Source: Eledone cirrhosa (taxonomy: Eukaryota). Taken from it: 64,000 nucleotides of DNA. Both the position numbers and the translations under genes were made by a program. The notes beneath the pieces are model-generated. The model had not been told where the DNA came from. It did no database searches and was given only the letters and a program-made list of their open reading frames with translations. Positions within the stretch are counted from its first letter, which is position 1, and every line of letters starts with the position of its first letter. The stretch is taken from positions 89,838,001 to 89,902,000 of the forward strand of contig OZ024740.1 of NCBI GenBank assembly GCA_964016885.1. The letters run 5' to 3'. This document shows, piece by piece, positions 40,326 to 53,360 of the stretch.

Positions 40326-42684
40326 GTTGGTGCTACTGGTAACATGTATCCCAGTACAACCTGTCTCATGGTCGGGTCGTTGGCGACTAAACTGGCAACC
40401 CCACCAATATTTCTTGGTGAGTAGGGTGTCTTTGGACATCCTGCAGGACTAAAAACAAAACCTGTCAAAGGACAAATGAACTTCTGGGAACTCTTAAGAC
40501 GCTCTTGGAGTCAATGGCCATCCGAAACCAGCACGGCCCGCCGGAAAGGCGCTGCTGTGCCGGAAAAGTCAACTTCCTGCTACTAATATTCTGGTAAGCT
40601 AGTACAACGTATCTCCAGACGGATAGAGTGGGTCCGTAGCTTTGGTTAGCGACTACTCTAGTGCTTGCAACACGAACAATTAGGGAGAGGGTATAAATGC
40701 CAGGTTGGTATCTGGCGCCGGGTAACCCACCACACGGAGGAAAAAGCACCTTCTTCAAGACTTGGCTGTCAAATTCTTTCACATGTGTGTAGTTGTGGCG
40801 CCCACACACATTATTAGCTACTTGAAAAGATGATGAATTTTGCAACTATCTGCACCAGGGTTTCTGTTCCTCAGGGAACCACACTATATGGTATACCTGT
40901 TGATATAGGTCCAGCCCCTGCTTTCTCGGGTCCTGTTTGTAATCATAATGCACCTACAAAGGCATCGAATGATGATGAATCCTCAAATCTCAAGGGACGG
41001 GGTTCGTCTGATGGAGAAGAAACAGGTCCTAACCAAACAACAAGCAAATCTCGCTTGGCTAGCTGTAAGAAGCAAATAATAGTTAGCTCCTTGAACACCA
41101 GTACACTCCTTCCAACAGGTAGACTCCAGGAGCTGGCAGAGAATGCCAAACTTCAGAACATTGACATCTTTGCGGTCCAAGAACACCGCTTTTTTCCACC
41201 CAAAGGATGATCTCAAGTATCACACCCTAGAATCCTACCAACTTGTCACCTCTTCAGCCACCAAGAACCCTGTAAATGCCTCCGTCAGAGGAGTCGGCTG
41301 CCTTCTCTCATTTAAAGCGAGCAATAATCTTCTGAGGATTGAAACAATCTCTCCCAGAATCTTGGTGCTTACACTAGAGGGCAATCCTAGAACCACTGCG
41401 ATATGTGCATACAGTCCCCATAACGCCTCTCCCGAGGATGAGGTAAGATAAATCTACACGACCCTTCGCACAGTTGTTGAGCAAGTACCCTTACACAACT
41501 TTCTTATCATCGCTGGAGACCTCAACGCTCAACTTGTCCCGGATGAAGTAAAGTTCGCATACAATAGGGTTACTAACCGAAACGGGGAATATCTCAAGAA
41601 TTCAGTCTATTCAGCTCAAACAACAGCTTCATGAAGACCAGAGGCCAGCTTTGGACCTTCGAATACCCAAACCCAAAACGAGCTCAGATTGACTATTTGA
41701 TATTTCGCAAGAAATGGAGGAACTCAATCAAAGATTTTAGATCTTATTCCTCCTTTAGCTCTGTCGGCTCAGATCATCGAGTCATCTCGGCAACAATCAA
41801 ACTTAGTCTCAGGATATCCAAGAGGGCCGAACCTCATCCCATGAAAAGAATAGACTGGAAAGCCGTTTCTTCCAACAAACAACTATCCAATAGCTTCACG
41901 CTTCAAGTCTATAACAGATTTCAATATCTCTCAACTTCTGACATCAAAGACGATAATATTGAGGATGTGTATGGCTGTCTTAAGCAAACAACAGTGGAAG
42001 TTGCACTTGCCACCCTACATAAAAAGAAAAGCCGAAGCCAAATTAAACCTAGTGCCTCAGAGTAGGTAGTTGAGGCAAGTGCCCATCTTAGGTCAATATC
42101 CCAATCTCACCATCAATCACCATCTCAAGGAAAAAAGATACAGCTTATCATGGCCAAAAAATCACTAGACGACGCTTATCTCAATGCTGAAGCCGACTAT
42201 ATCTCAGGTAGGGTTGATCAGCTATCGCAACATCACATCAGCAAACACCATCATCTTGCTTGGAAGGTTGTCAAAGATCTTTCAGGCAAAAACTCAAACT
42301 CTGCAGTTAGAATCAAAGGAGGCTCTGCCAAAAAACGTCTTGAAAATTGGTCTGCTCATTTTAAAAATCTTCTAGGGAAAAAGGGAAGACTCCCTGATAA
42401 CTATCAACAGCCATCCGTTCAGGTTTCAGAGCCTTTAGGAATCAACACCTCTCCTTTCACCATGCCTGAGCTCAAAGAAGCCATCAAACAGCTCAAAGCC
42501 TCAAAAGCCTTTGGGCCGGATAATATACCTACCCTGATTTGGAAGGATGAGCATTTCCACATCCTTTTGCTCAACTTATGTAACCATACTTTCGAGACCA
42601 ATAATCCACCTAGCGTCTGGCATGCAGCTCAAATTATCCCCATGCCCCCAAAAGGAGTTCTTTCTTTAGCCACTTTAGCCACCA
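40326..42684 (+). mobile_element. RTE-clade LINE: 5' UTR, APE endonuclease, linker and RT start; 3'-truncated at (TA)n
   Basis: SLNTSTL, DIFAVQEHR, GVGCLLS, CAYSP, IIAGDLNAQL, QIDYLI, SDH (APE); KAFGPDNIP..W..IIPMP (RT start); 5' UTR has TGGCAACCCCACC; several stops and frameshifts. Confidence 0.92.
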
Positions 42685-42840
42685 TATATATATATATATA
42701 TATATATATAATGTAGGAGGTGAGTTTTATTGTTGTACAATAAAGCAATGCAGATATCGGATAAGAAGCACTCTACAGTTTGTAGGACTGGAGTATACAT
42801 AATATATAAGATCAAAAGATGGTTAAAGGAGTTCCATGTA

Positions 42841-42907
42841 TTTTATTATGCGCATTTCAAAAACAAACATCATCATGCAATAATATTTGTGTTTTCATCA
42901 GATAAAA
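42841..42907 (-). ncRNA. Type I hammerhead ribozyme
   Basis: Minus strand: TTTTAT-CTGATGA-long stem II (ACAAATATTAT/ATGATGTTTGT)-GAAA-TGCGCA-TA-ATAAAA. Confidence 0.85.
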
Positions 42908-42997
42908 CAGGAGGACATGATATGAAGGCTAACAATATGTTGATTTAAAACTGCACAATCCACAAGTGTTTTTTATCCTTCATATCATGTCCTCCTG

Positions 42998-43064
42998 TTT
43001 TATCTGATGAAAACACAAATATTATTGCATGATGATGTTTGTTTTTGAAATGCGCATAGTAAAA
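42998..43064 (+). ncRNA. Type I hammerhead ribozyme
   Basis: TTTTAT-CTGATGA-stem II-GAAA-TGCGCA-TA-GTAAAA. Confidence 0.82.
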
Positions 43065-43096
43065 TACATGGGACTCCTTTAAACATCTTTTGATCT

Positions 43097-43134
<38 letters not shown>

Positions 43135-43222
43135 GTGTTTGTGTGTGTATATTTGTGCATAAGTGTGTGTGCAGATATGTGTGTGTGTGTGTGTGTGTAA
43201 ATGTTTATACATTGTCTCTATT

Positions 43223-44195
43223 ATGTATATGTCTTATATTATGCATGCATATATCAACTATGTAAAAACTATCTAGTTATAATAAACTAAATTAAAAAAA
43301 CAGTTTTAAACACCCCCCTCCCACAACCACACACATTTAAAAGATAGCAATTATAATACCAAGAATATTTTATATTATATTCACTCTATATATATTAATT
43401 TATAACACTACCACAATACTATAACGACCCTTAATTCATCAACAACATTAATTACCTCCCTTTGTTATTAACCCCCTTTACAACTTCCTGTGTAAACTTA
43501 TGAAATTAAGTAACTTAACGGTTTACCAATAGCTTAATAACGGTTAATACAAACCTTAGAAAAGATAATTTACAGAGAAAAGATGCATTAGATAATATAC
43601 CTACAATAAAAACAGGGCCAGTAATTCGGAGGAATTTACATTTAACAAACGCCTATAAACGACGTAAAATAATCCCATGTTTAATAGCTGTGAGTAACAA
43701 ACAACACATGCACATAAATACGAAATACAACACAAAAACACTTAAATGAAAATCACATACCCATCTCTATCTAGTGCCTTACATTACACCTTACATAAAA
43801 CATATCTACATTATCACCACACGCCTCTCTAACAAATTGCACACTATCTTAAATGTTTATAACAAATATAACATGCTTTAACACCCCACACAAAATATGT
43901 TTATTTCAACTGCATTATAACTCTTTGCTCATACATGCCTTATTGACTCTATTGACTCCTTCATTGTACACCAATTGTCCTTGCTTATAACTTCTTTCCC
44001 TGGGTTTTTTTTTCCGTGTGCTTTTTACATTTATTTATACCTTTTACCCTTCCAACCAGTTCTGCCTGTAATTGTGTTATTTCAAGTGGAACATCTTTTA
44101 AACTCATGAATCTCCCTAAATGTTCTAAATAACTAGGATTCTAATTACACATTTCCGACCTCCCTTATGCTCCGATGTTTCAAGACTTCCCTCTA
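43223..44195 (+). mobile_element. Old PLE-type 3' region, right member of the long inverted pair
   Basis: Reverse complement of about 36890-37880 with substitutions and indels. Confidence 0.75.
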
Positions 44196-44513
44196 TCGTT
44201 TTTTTCAACAATATGGCGTAGGACAGAACAAAGGAAATGCACAACACAAAGAAAATAATCACCAGTCATTGTAGAGGTCACAAAATGTGTTTGAAAAGAC
44301 ATTTGACAATATATGGACAACCGTCCGGTTGTGGAACCAACCAAACAAACGGAAATTTATAAATTCTTTTGAACCATTTTTTAAATTTATAATAAATTGG
44401 AGTGAAACACTGGTGAGTGTCTTTCTTCTTGGCAACATGACCCTCCGAAAGTATAACAATATCGGTTTCATCACACGTTTTCAGATAAATGAATCTTGCT
44501 AAAGAAATTCAGA

Positions 44514-44570
<57 letters not shown>

Positions 44571-44575
44571 ATATA

Positions 44576-45925
44576 TATTGTTATACATGGGGAGGGTCAT
44601 ATGTGTGTAATATTGCCAGAATTAATAACAGAACACACTTACTGTTTGGTTGAGTTTCGCTTTTCGCTTCTGTGACCCTCATAGAACTGGACATGAAAAG
44701 AATTTGCCCATTATACAGGAGCAAATCCTGGAATAGCTTAGATAGGGCTAGATATAAGATAGAGAAAGCCACCTCATGGTACGACAACCAGAGATACCAG
44801 AGTGTCATGTTTGTGGACGCTACCCCTGGAGGGAAATTAGCTAACCAGTATAGAAAGGCCCTGAGAAATACCCACTTAAAGATTAAGGTGGTAGAAAAAC
44901 CAGGAACCACCATAAAATCCCTGATCAGCAAAACCTACCCTTTTAAGAAAACCCACTGTACTAATAGGTAATGTATCATATGTAAGGTGAACCCCCGGAT
45001 AAACTGTGAAAAACTAGAAACGTAGTCTATAGCATACGATGTACAGAGGGTACTTGCAAAAACATGACAACAACATACATAGGCGAAACAGCTCGTAGCA
45101 TAGTTGAAAGGATAGACCAACTGTGGGGGAACTAAAAGTACGAAAAAACGGGTCAGTACTATACGAACATGCCAGACAACAACACGACGGTAACATAGAC
45201 AACATAGTAATTAGAATAGTATATAAACATAGAAATGACCCAGCAGATAGGCAAATCAGAGAGGTCAGTGAAATAGAACTTAGAAAACCAAGAGTAAACA
45301 GAAAGAATGAATGGAATAACAACAACACCCAAACAAACACCACTGACCTAAGAGAAGTATAAATAAATAAATAAATACATACACAAGCACAATAACAACA
45401 CACACATATAAACACACACTAGTAAAGATAGAATACATTAACCAATACACAGTCATCCAATCACGAACACACATCAAACAAAACACTATACACTCACGCA
45501 AACGCATGCGCAAAGAAGACAAAATAAAATAAACAAACAAACAAATAAATAAATAAATATATAAACAGACTAAATAAAGATGGCGTAGACATACAATGTA
45601 ACGGGAGGAAACAATAGCACATCTGACGATGTTGCAGATGTGCAACGAAAGTGCTTTGATAAACTATATATATGTGTTTGTGTCTATATTGTATCTGTAT
45701 TATTGTTGACCGTTGGTCAGTCAATGGCAACATTGAGGACCGAATAAATTAGATTACCGATATAAAAGACACAGGAGCGAAAAGCGAAAACCAACCAAAC
45801 AGTGAGTGTGTTCTGTTATTTATTCTGGCAATATTACACAAATATGACCCTCCCCAAGTATAACAATATTTATTTCGACACACGATTTCATATAAAAAAA
45901 CCTCGCAAAACTAATTCATCGCCGT
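44576..45925 (+). mobile_element. 5'-truncated PLE (Neptune-like GIY-YIG region) with inverted copy of its 3' end at 44576-44674
   Basis: LYRSKSWN, SVMFVDATPGGKLA, IKVVEKPGTTIKSL, YIGETARS, SVLYEH, RQIRE, NRKNEWN; 44576-44674 is the reverse complement of 45771-45869; (TA)n both sides; another diverged 3' end at about 44410-44520. Confidence 0.88.
45623..45656 (+). ncRNA. Hammerhead-like motif (stem I degraded)
   Basis: CTGACGA-t-GTTGCA-gatg-TGCAAC-GAAA-GTGC-TT. Confidence 0.6.
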
Positions 45926-46176
45926 TATATATATATATATATATATATATACGAATGTGTGTGTACGTGATGTCAGTATATATGTATATTTTCTATTATT
46001 ATATTTCTGACACGTACTACACTCATGTACTCGTATCTCAAGATACATTGCTTACCACTGAAACGAGTATTTTATACATCAGTGCTAAAAGCAAATATTT
46101 GATGTTTACTCTACACACATAATAATAAGCGCAAACAGATTAATCAAAGCAGCCATTGGTTCTGCCTGTTATTATA

Positions 46177-46362
46177 ATAATTGTTTCTACTTTTGGCACA
46201 ATGTCAGCAATTAACCCAGTGTATTACTGGTATTGTATTTATCGACCCCGTAAGGATGAAAGGCAAAGTTAACCTCGGCGGGATTTGAACACAGAATGAC
46301 AAGGGCCGTAACTCTTTGCTGCAAAGCATGGCGTCAGACCCTCAACCGGTACTGCTATTCCA
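46177..46362 (-). mobile_element. tRNA-derived SINE
   Basis: Same family as 21281-21500: TTTATCGACCCCGTAAGGATGAAAGGCAAAGTTAACCTCGGCGGGATTTGAAC. Confidence 0.88.
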
Positions 46363-47048
46363 ATGACTGGAAATGGAACTAATGGGACAGAATGTGAGTG
46401 GAATTAGTGCATTAAACACATGCGAATGAAAGGAATTAAATGCTTTTTTTGTATTTAAGTCCACTAGCAACGATGTGTGTGTGGGGCATCGTACACAAGA
46501 TTTGTGTTAGAAAAATAACGAAATCATTTTAAATATGGAATATCAAACATAATATAATTAATTTTTCAGACAGCAGGTTTTAATTCATATAAAATTCACC
46601 AAGTTAATTTCAATAAAGCGAGTAAGTTGCGCAAAATGGGATATTGTAGTGTTACGCTCATTGATAGCAATTAAATATCTCAGATTACGACTTCTACAGT
46701 TGCAAATGAGGATATACCATTTCAAAAGTTATTTTTTATAATACTTAGACATCCAATTGCATGGATAAAAATACAGAAAACTCATTAACCCAGAGAAGTA
46801 ATTTAACATATTTACCTGTTTCCCAAGAACTCTCTCTTAATGACTGAATACATACTTCCAATGCTGGTTATTATAATAGATTTGAAAATATTGTTATTGT
46901 TTCTTTATTCTAGAAACCATCATATGGAGATTATTATATGAGTTAGACTAACTTATTTAGGTCGGTCTATAAACTATCCTCCAAATTGCGATTTTGGCAT
47001 AAGTTATATATACACATATATAAATATGTATATATGTATGTAAATATG

Positions 47049-47082
<34 letters not shown>

Positions 47083-47140
47083 TAGATATAGATATACAAT
47101 ATATTAATAAATGTAAACTATATTTATAAAACCATAATTA

Positions 47141-47200
47141 TTTATTATATATATTTCAAGGGAAACCAAGGCAGATTATGGTGCGCTTTCATCAGATAAA
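47141..47200 (-). ncRNA. Type I hammerhead ribozyme
   Basis: Minus strand: TTTAT-CTGATGA-aagcgcacca..tggtttccctt-GAAA-TATATA-TA-ATAAA. Confidence 0.78.
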
Positions 47201-48732
47201 ATACAAATTTGTTTTATAAATAAATATTGACATACCCGCATATGGTTAATCTTCCTTACATAATGTTTTCTATATCCAGACACCTATAATATCATCCCTC
47301 AGACTATATCTAGTTATGATTCAAGAATTTAATATAATTCTAACCTTAAAAACTTCCTAAATATATAAAATACACTTATTACATTTTTAATTTACTCCTT
47401 AAACCCTTAATTTCGAATATTTCTACTTCATAAATATACTGTCTACTATTACACTTATCAATCCTACCTCCAAAAATATATCATAACCTCTTTGTATGAC
47501 TACTTGAAATTATTTTGAGAAAAGGTTTTGAAATTTCTAAAAATTTCCTTTGAAAAACTTTCTGAAGGTTTTTGAGAATTTAAAAAAAACTTTTGGTAAC
47601 ATATTTTTGAAAGATCCTTTTGTAAGATAGGGAAAAACCATTATTTTCATATCCTCCTATATTTTTATATCTTCCAATGTTTTAAACATGTTTTATATTT
47701 ATGTATTTTCATATATTTCCAAATATTTATATATATGTGGAATAATGTATGGTTTATGTTTAATTATATTTTAAGAGGAATTTTTATAACTTTTTATAAC
47801 TTCTTATAAACATTTTTAAAGAGATTTTATGTATCCTTGGAGACATTTAAGTTTCTAAAAAATCCCTTTAACTTCCTTTAAACTACCTTATTGTTTTTAT
47901 AATCTCAATTTTTATAGTCTTAATTTATAGTCTGAATTTTTAAATGGTTTTAGTATATACTTCTAAATAAGTACTTATTCCTTTGTAAACTCTGGTAATT
48001 TTTCGTAATCTTCGGAATTATTTATGTGTTTAAGATTGGAATTACAACTATTAATAAATTCTGGCTAAATATAATTTTGCCAAACTTACTTTAATTAAAT
48101 AAACTATACTAGATTTATTTTCCAATGTAAAATACTATACTTTTAAATAATTTATAATCTATAACATAACATACCCATCTAAACCCATATATTATTAATA
48201 CATCTTAATATATTTTAAATACTTCTGTTTGTAATATATCCTATCTTTAATTAAATTTTTAAATGTTAACTATATGTTTATTTATTTAATTTATTCTTAA
48301 TTTTATTTTTAACTTATCATTATAAATATTATAAACAGCATAATGAACGTTATATTTACGATTTGAGTATTCATCCATGTAAAACTCATTTCTTCGCTCG
48401 CTTCTCTTCACTATCACTATGCATAATCTTGTCTTTCTTTCTCATTCTCTCTTTCTCTTTCTCTTTTCTTCTCTCTCCCTTTCACTATTCTTTGTCTCTC
48501 CATTTCAATATTTTTCTCTGTCCCTTTTATATCTCCTTTTCACTATTTTCTGTGAACAGTTTAATTTAAATAAACCGTTGTTTTTACCAAATTTTCTGAC
48601 ACTCATTTGCATACACACTCAAAACTTTGAATCACCCTCAATACAATATTATTTCCACTATCCAGCGAAGTTCAACCGTTAAGGTTGTCTTTATGGGGGT
48701 ATGTCAATATTTATTTATAAAAAAAAAAGTAT

Positions 48733-48792
48733 TTTATCTGATGAAAGCGCACCATAATTTGTCTTGGTTGCCCTTGAAATATATATAATAAA
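48733..48792 (+). ncRNA. Type I hammerhead ribozyme
   Basis: TTTAT-CTGATGA-aagcgcacca..tggttgccctt-GAAA-TATATA-TA-ATAAA. Confidence 0.8.
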
Positions 48793-48926
48793 TAATTATG
48801 GTTTTATAAATATAGTTTCCATTTATTAATATATTGAGTATTTCCTCCACAAACTGTTGAGTGCTTTATATCAGTTATAAAATGTTTAAGCTTGTTGAAT
48901 CCCAACAAATTAAATATAACCTCTGC

Positions 48927-48967
<41 letters not shown>

Positions 48968-48970
48968 TAT

Positions 48971-51236
48971 AAAATTTCAGGTTATCAATAATGTAGTGAT
49001 AATATATCGTTACGTTAGAGATGAACAGCATACGTGTAGGTTTGCTCAACGAGTATAAATTATATTCCGGAGAAAATGTAGAAAAGATGAATATAAAATG
49101 AAAGTGCTTTTTTTAAAAAGGAATTTATTAGGTATTGACATATGTTTCTGTAACAGACGGAATACCTATGTATCGCTGCTTGCGTAATCATATAATGTTA
49201 GCAAGTATTCGATAGCAAATGTATAATCAGTTGTCTCTTCTTCAGAGATTTTGGATAAATTGGATAAAATCAGAAAAATTGAAGTATTTATATTAGTAAT
49301 AGAGGAAGAAAAGAAGGGATAGTATATGACAGATGGTAATTCAATTTACTGCTAAACAAGTATATAAAGGGTATCTAATGAGAATACCATGAGTAAATGG
49401 TTCATTTTATCTAAATAAGAATTTTGGGGAGTGCTAATTTTAATCTTTACTTGACCAAATGGACAGTGGACAGGGCTGGTCATTTGGTGTAGTAGTATTA
49501 ATTATAAAGTGTCAATTGGGGAAGGGGGAGATTTCGATTGCTACTGAATAACATCAATGCTAGTAGCCAGCTGGTATATGCATTAGGGAATTGAATTAAG
49601 AAATCAGAAATCTCATTTTATCTATAGCAGTATATATTAAATGGTAAACAATAGAAGAGTTGATAGAATTAAGACTAGTAGAGAAAGTTAATATCTATTT
49701 TGACAACCAAACGGAGATAGAGACGGGCGTTCAATCCTGGTGGTATTTATAATATGGAAATGTAGATTTTAAGCGATGGTTACAGTATAACGATCGCTCT
49801 ATTCTGTTATTTAATAAAATGGTTTTGGATTTCATAATACAAAATAATTCTACATTACATAACTTACAAAATTCCTGTCCCTGGGAATATGGGGGGGGGG
49901 GGGGGGGCAGATGCTATTATATCCCATTTAAGGTGACATTGTTGGTTATTTTCACGCAGCTGCCAAGCCTTGTCTGCGAGTGTTGTTACATAACGATGGT
50001 TTTCATGTTTTATCGAGTAACAATGTCTATAAAGGCGTGATTTGAAGGAGGTGGCTGTAGATCCCACATAGTACCACTTCTGTCTATCCGATTCGATAGT
50101 ACATTTGTATACGATGTTGCGTTCAAGATACTGATTGTTCAACGGACACATTCCTGGTTGGACACAGTTGCAATTATAATTTTGCGTTGTAGTATTGTCA
50201 TGGATGGGTTGATGAGGTTTCTTAGGTAGGACAGGATGTTGTTTGTTGTTTTGTGATGTTATAGCTAATGTTTTACGTGTATTGTTATGTGTTGGAAGGC
50301 GTTTATACAACCGTTTTGCGTTAAGCTTTTTTATATGTTGTTCAATATTAGGGGCGGTTGAATATGAAAGTCGAATAGTGTTAGGGTTTAAAGTTTTTAT
50401 TATATTTATGTGATGTTGGAAAGTGTTTTTTAACTAATCGAAAGAATTGTGAGGGTAGATTGGTTTTAATAGAATTGTTATAGACCGGGTTGTACCAAAT
50501 ATACTCTTTACATCGCCTTCTGTTTGGTGGTGTGCGACTATTATTGTGTCTATTGCGGTAGTGTATGTATGGTGGTGATTCTGTGCTATTTCTACTCCTA
50601 TGGAATTTATTTTGGGTGTTTTGGTGATCTTCGACTATATACTCTATATTATCTAGGTGTCCGCCTTTTCTAAGTGCATCATCATAATATTCGGCATGTT
50701 CTTTGAAGGTTTGTTGGTTGGACGACAGGCGGGAGATTCTAAGAGAAACATTTCTAGGGATGGATTTAATTATAGAGAGTGGATGGTTAGAACTCGTATT
50801 TACATATTTAAGGTTCTCATTTAGTTTATGGAACGGTTTAATTGTATCTGTATTGAGATTCAAAGTAACATCAAGGAAATTGACCTCTTTGAGGTTATAT
50901 TCAAATGTAATATTTAATCCTAGTTCCTTAAAAAGCTTTCTGATATTTTTACGCATCCTTTCTAAATTATGGTTATTCATATGCTTAACTAATAGGAGCG
51001 CATCATCACGCTAGATTCCACCGTGGAGATCCTTGAATTTTCCTTGTAGTCTGTGGGTGATATAAATTCCCACAAGATCTGTTACTTCCGCCGAATCATT
51101 AGAACCCATAGTAATATCAAAATTAGAAGGTCTATCTTTGCGAACCCAGTAGCTATCATCGAATTTAACTATAGTTTTCCTCGCTTGCATAATAATTTTA
51201 ATTTCAGCATCCGTAAGGTTGGAATTAGCCTTAGCG
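48971..51236 (-). mobile_element. 5'-truncated Naiad-like PLE (RT C-half, GIY-YIG, 3' UTR)
   Basis: FDITMGSNDSAEVTDLVG, I*RDD (stop at Y of YRDD), VNFLDVTLNL, SSNHP, IWYNP, CNC..CPL..IVYKC..YYVGSTATSFKSRLYRH; 3' end at (TA)n. Confidence 0.95.
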
Positions 51237-51237
51237 A

Positions 51238-51400
<163 letters not shown>

Positions 51401-51542
51401 AAACAGGTTGTGGTAAGATTTTAGGTGCATCATAACTCACCAGTGTACTCAATATTAGAATAGTAGAGTGTGTGTGTGTGTGTGTGAGAGAGGAAGAGAG
51501 TGAGTGAGAGAGAGAGAGAGAGACGGAGAGAGAGAAAGAGAT

Positions 51543-51601
<59 letters not shown>

Positions 51602-52176
51602 GAAAAAGTGACATTACTCATACATAAACTTGATACATATAAAATACATATATATTTTTAAGGGTAACCTGGCATAATTTGGAATTGAGTCATATAAACT
51701 AATAAGGAAGTTCCTTAGTGTTAGTTTAATAGAAAGAACATTAGTTTATGTCATATTCCTGAACAAATAGGTGTGTATCTGACTGTGTTGTGAATTGGAG
51801 TCGGAATGGATTTGAAGGAAATATGTGTTCAAGAATATATTGAAACAAAATAATATATATTCTTTTATACTTACCAGCATATTCTATTATCAAAAAATGA
51901 ATACATTCGTGAAAATCGTTCGGGCATGTAGGCGAATATGTCTTTCATTCAAAGTCGACTATATTTTCAGGCTGAATGCTGATCGTATTGATATTTCCAG
52001 TGTGAGCCATTTTCTACTTAGATTTCACGTAAGTAATAGTAGTTAGAATACAAATTATACAGAGGCAAATATAACAATTGTGTAATTAATAGTGACTATG
52101 ATTAATTAATATACATTCCCCTCATATTTTGCTGCAAGCGTTGTCGGCCTGTAATTATCTGCGTTTAATAGGTTAT

Positions 52177-52280
<104 letters not shown>

Positions 52281-52791
52281 GGTTATAAGAATATATATTG
52301 TTGAGCGAGAATCCATCTCCTCGGTTGCGTGTTTGTTCCAAATCTTTGATTTTCTGGAATAGACTATTTGCAAAATTAGAAGGACTTTCATAAAGCATAC
52401 TTTGGGACGGCAGCAACATACATCCTAGATGCAGTCTTGCTATTTTAATAAGAGTGCCTCATAACCATATCATAAACCGAAGTAAATAATTTAAAGGACT
52501 TTCTCTTTATATTATGACTCTTCGGGTATATTTCACTCGATGCATTGGTAAACGCTCTAGTGAATCGTTTCAATTAACTGTACTGTGTAATATGAATCGG
52601 CATACAATCGCACATTCGCATCCACACATACAGAAATAAAAATGTTTTCGAAATATATATGTGTCTATCTTAACGTGTTTGAATGTGTCATTGCACATAA
52701 AACCTCGCATATCAGATGAGATATCAAGGCAAAGTTGAACCCCAATCATTATATATGTACGCTCAGCTGATCAATTCTGATACCATTCTAG

Positions 52792-52923
<132 letters not shown>

Positions 52924-53065
52924 ATATATATAGAGAGAGAGAAAGAAAGAAACGTAAAAACCTCGTGGTGCTAGGGATTTTACCTTATAGTATGCACATT
53001 TGTCATTTCCTCTTGCATTCTGTACTCCAGTCATTAGCTACCTCCTCAATCTCAGCACAACAAAA

Positions 53066-53117
53066 TCTCTCTCTCCGTCTCTCCTCTCTCTCTCCTCCCA
53101 TCCTCTCTCTCTCTCTA

Positions 53118-53190
<73 letters not shown>

Positions 53191-53262
53191 CCCCCCCCCC
53201 CTCTCTCTCTCTCTATCTCACTCCCTCGCTATCTCTTTCTCTCCCTCTCTCTCTCTCTCTCG

Positions 53263-53293
<31 letters not shown>

Positions 53294-53305
53294 TCTCTCT
53301 CTGTA

Positions 53306-53357
<52 letters not shown>
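53066..53357. repeat. (CT)n and (TA)n compound microsatellite
   Basis: Direct reading; similar compound tracts at 34052-34423, 51237-51602 and 52798-52942. Confidence 0.97.

Positions 53358-53360
<3 letters not shown>

Larger units (their letters stand above)
42801..43102. mobile_element. Head-to-head pair of short PLE-type termini, each with a hammerhead
   Basis: 42803-42928 is the reverse complement of 42977-43102. Confidence 0.88.
47097..48836. mobile_element. Decayed AT-rich PLE-like element with ~140-bp terminal inverted repeats, each with an outward-facing hammerhead
   Basis: 47097-47240 is the reverse complement of about 48695-48836; interior strand-biased with no intact ORF. Confidence 0.75.

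Noticed and set aside
39614-51236. Selenoprotein (UGA recoding) in Naiad-like PLEs
   Set aside because: Visible conserved Cys positions use Cys codons and the stop at YRDD is TAG; no SECIS recognised
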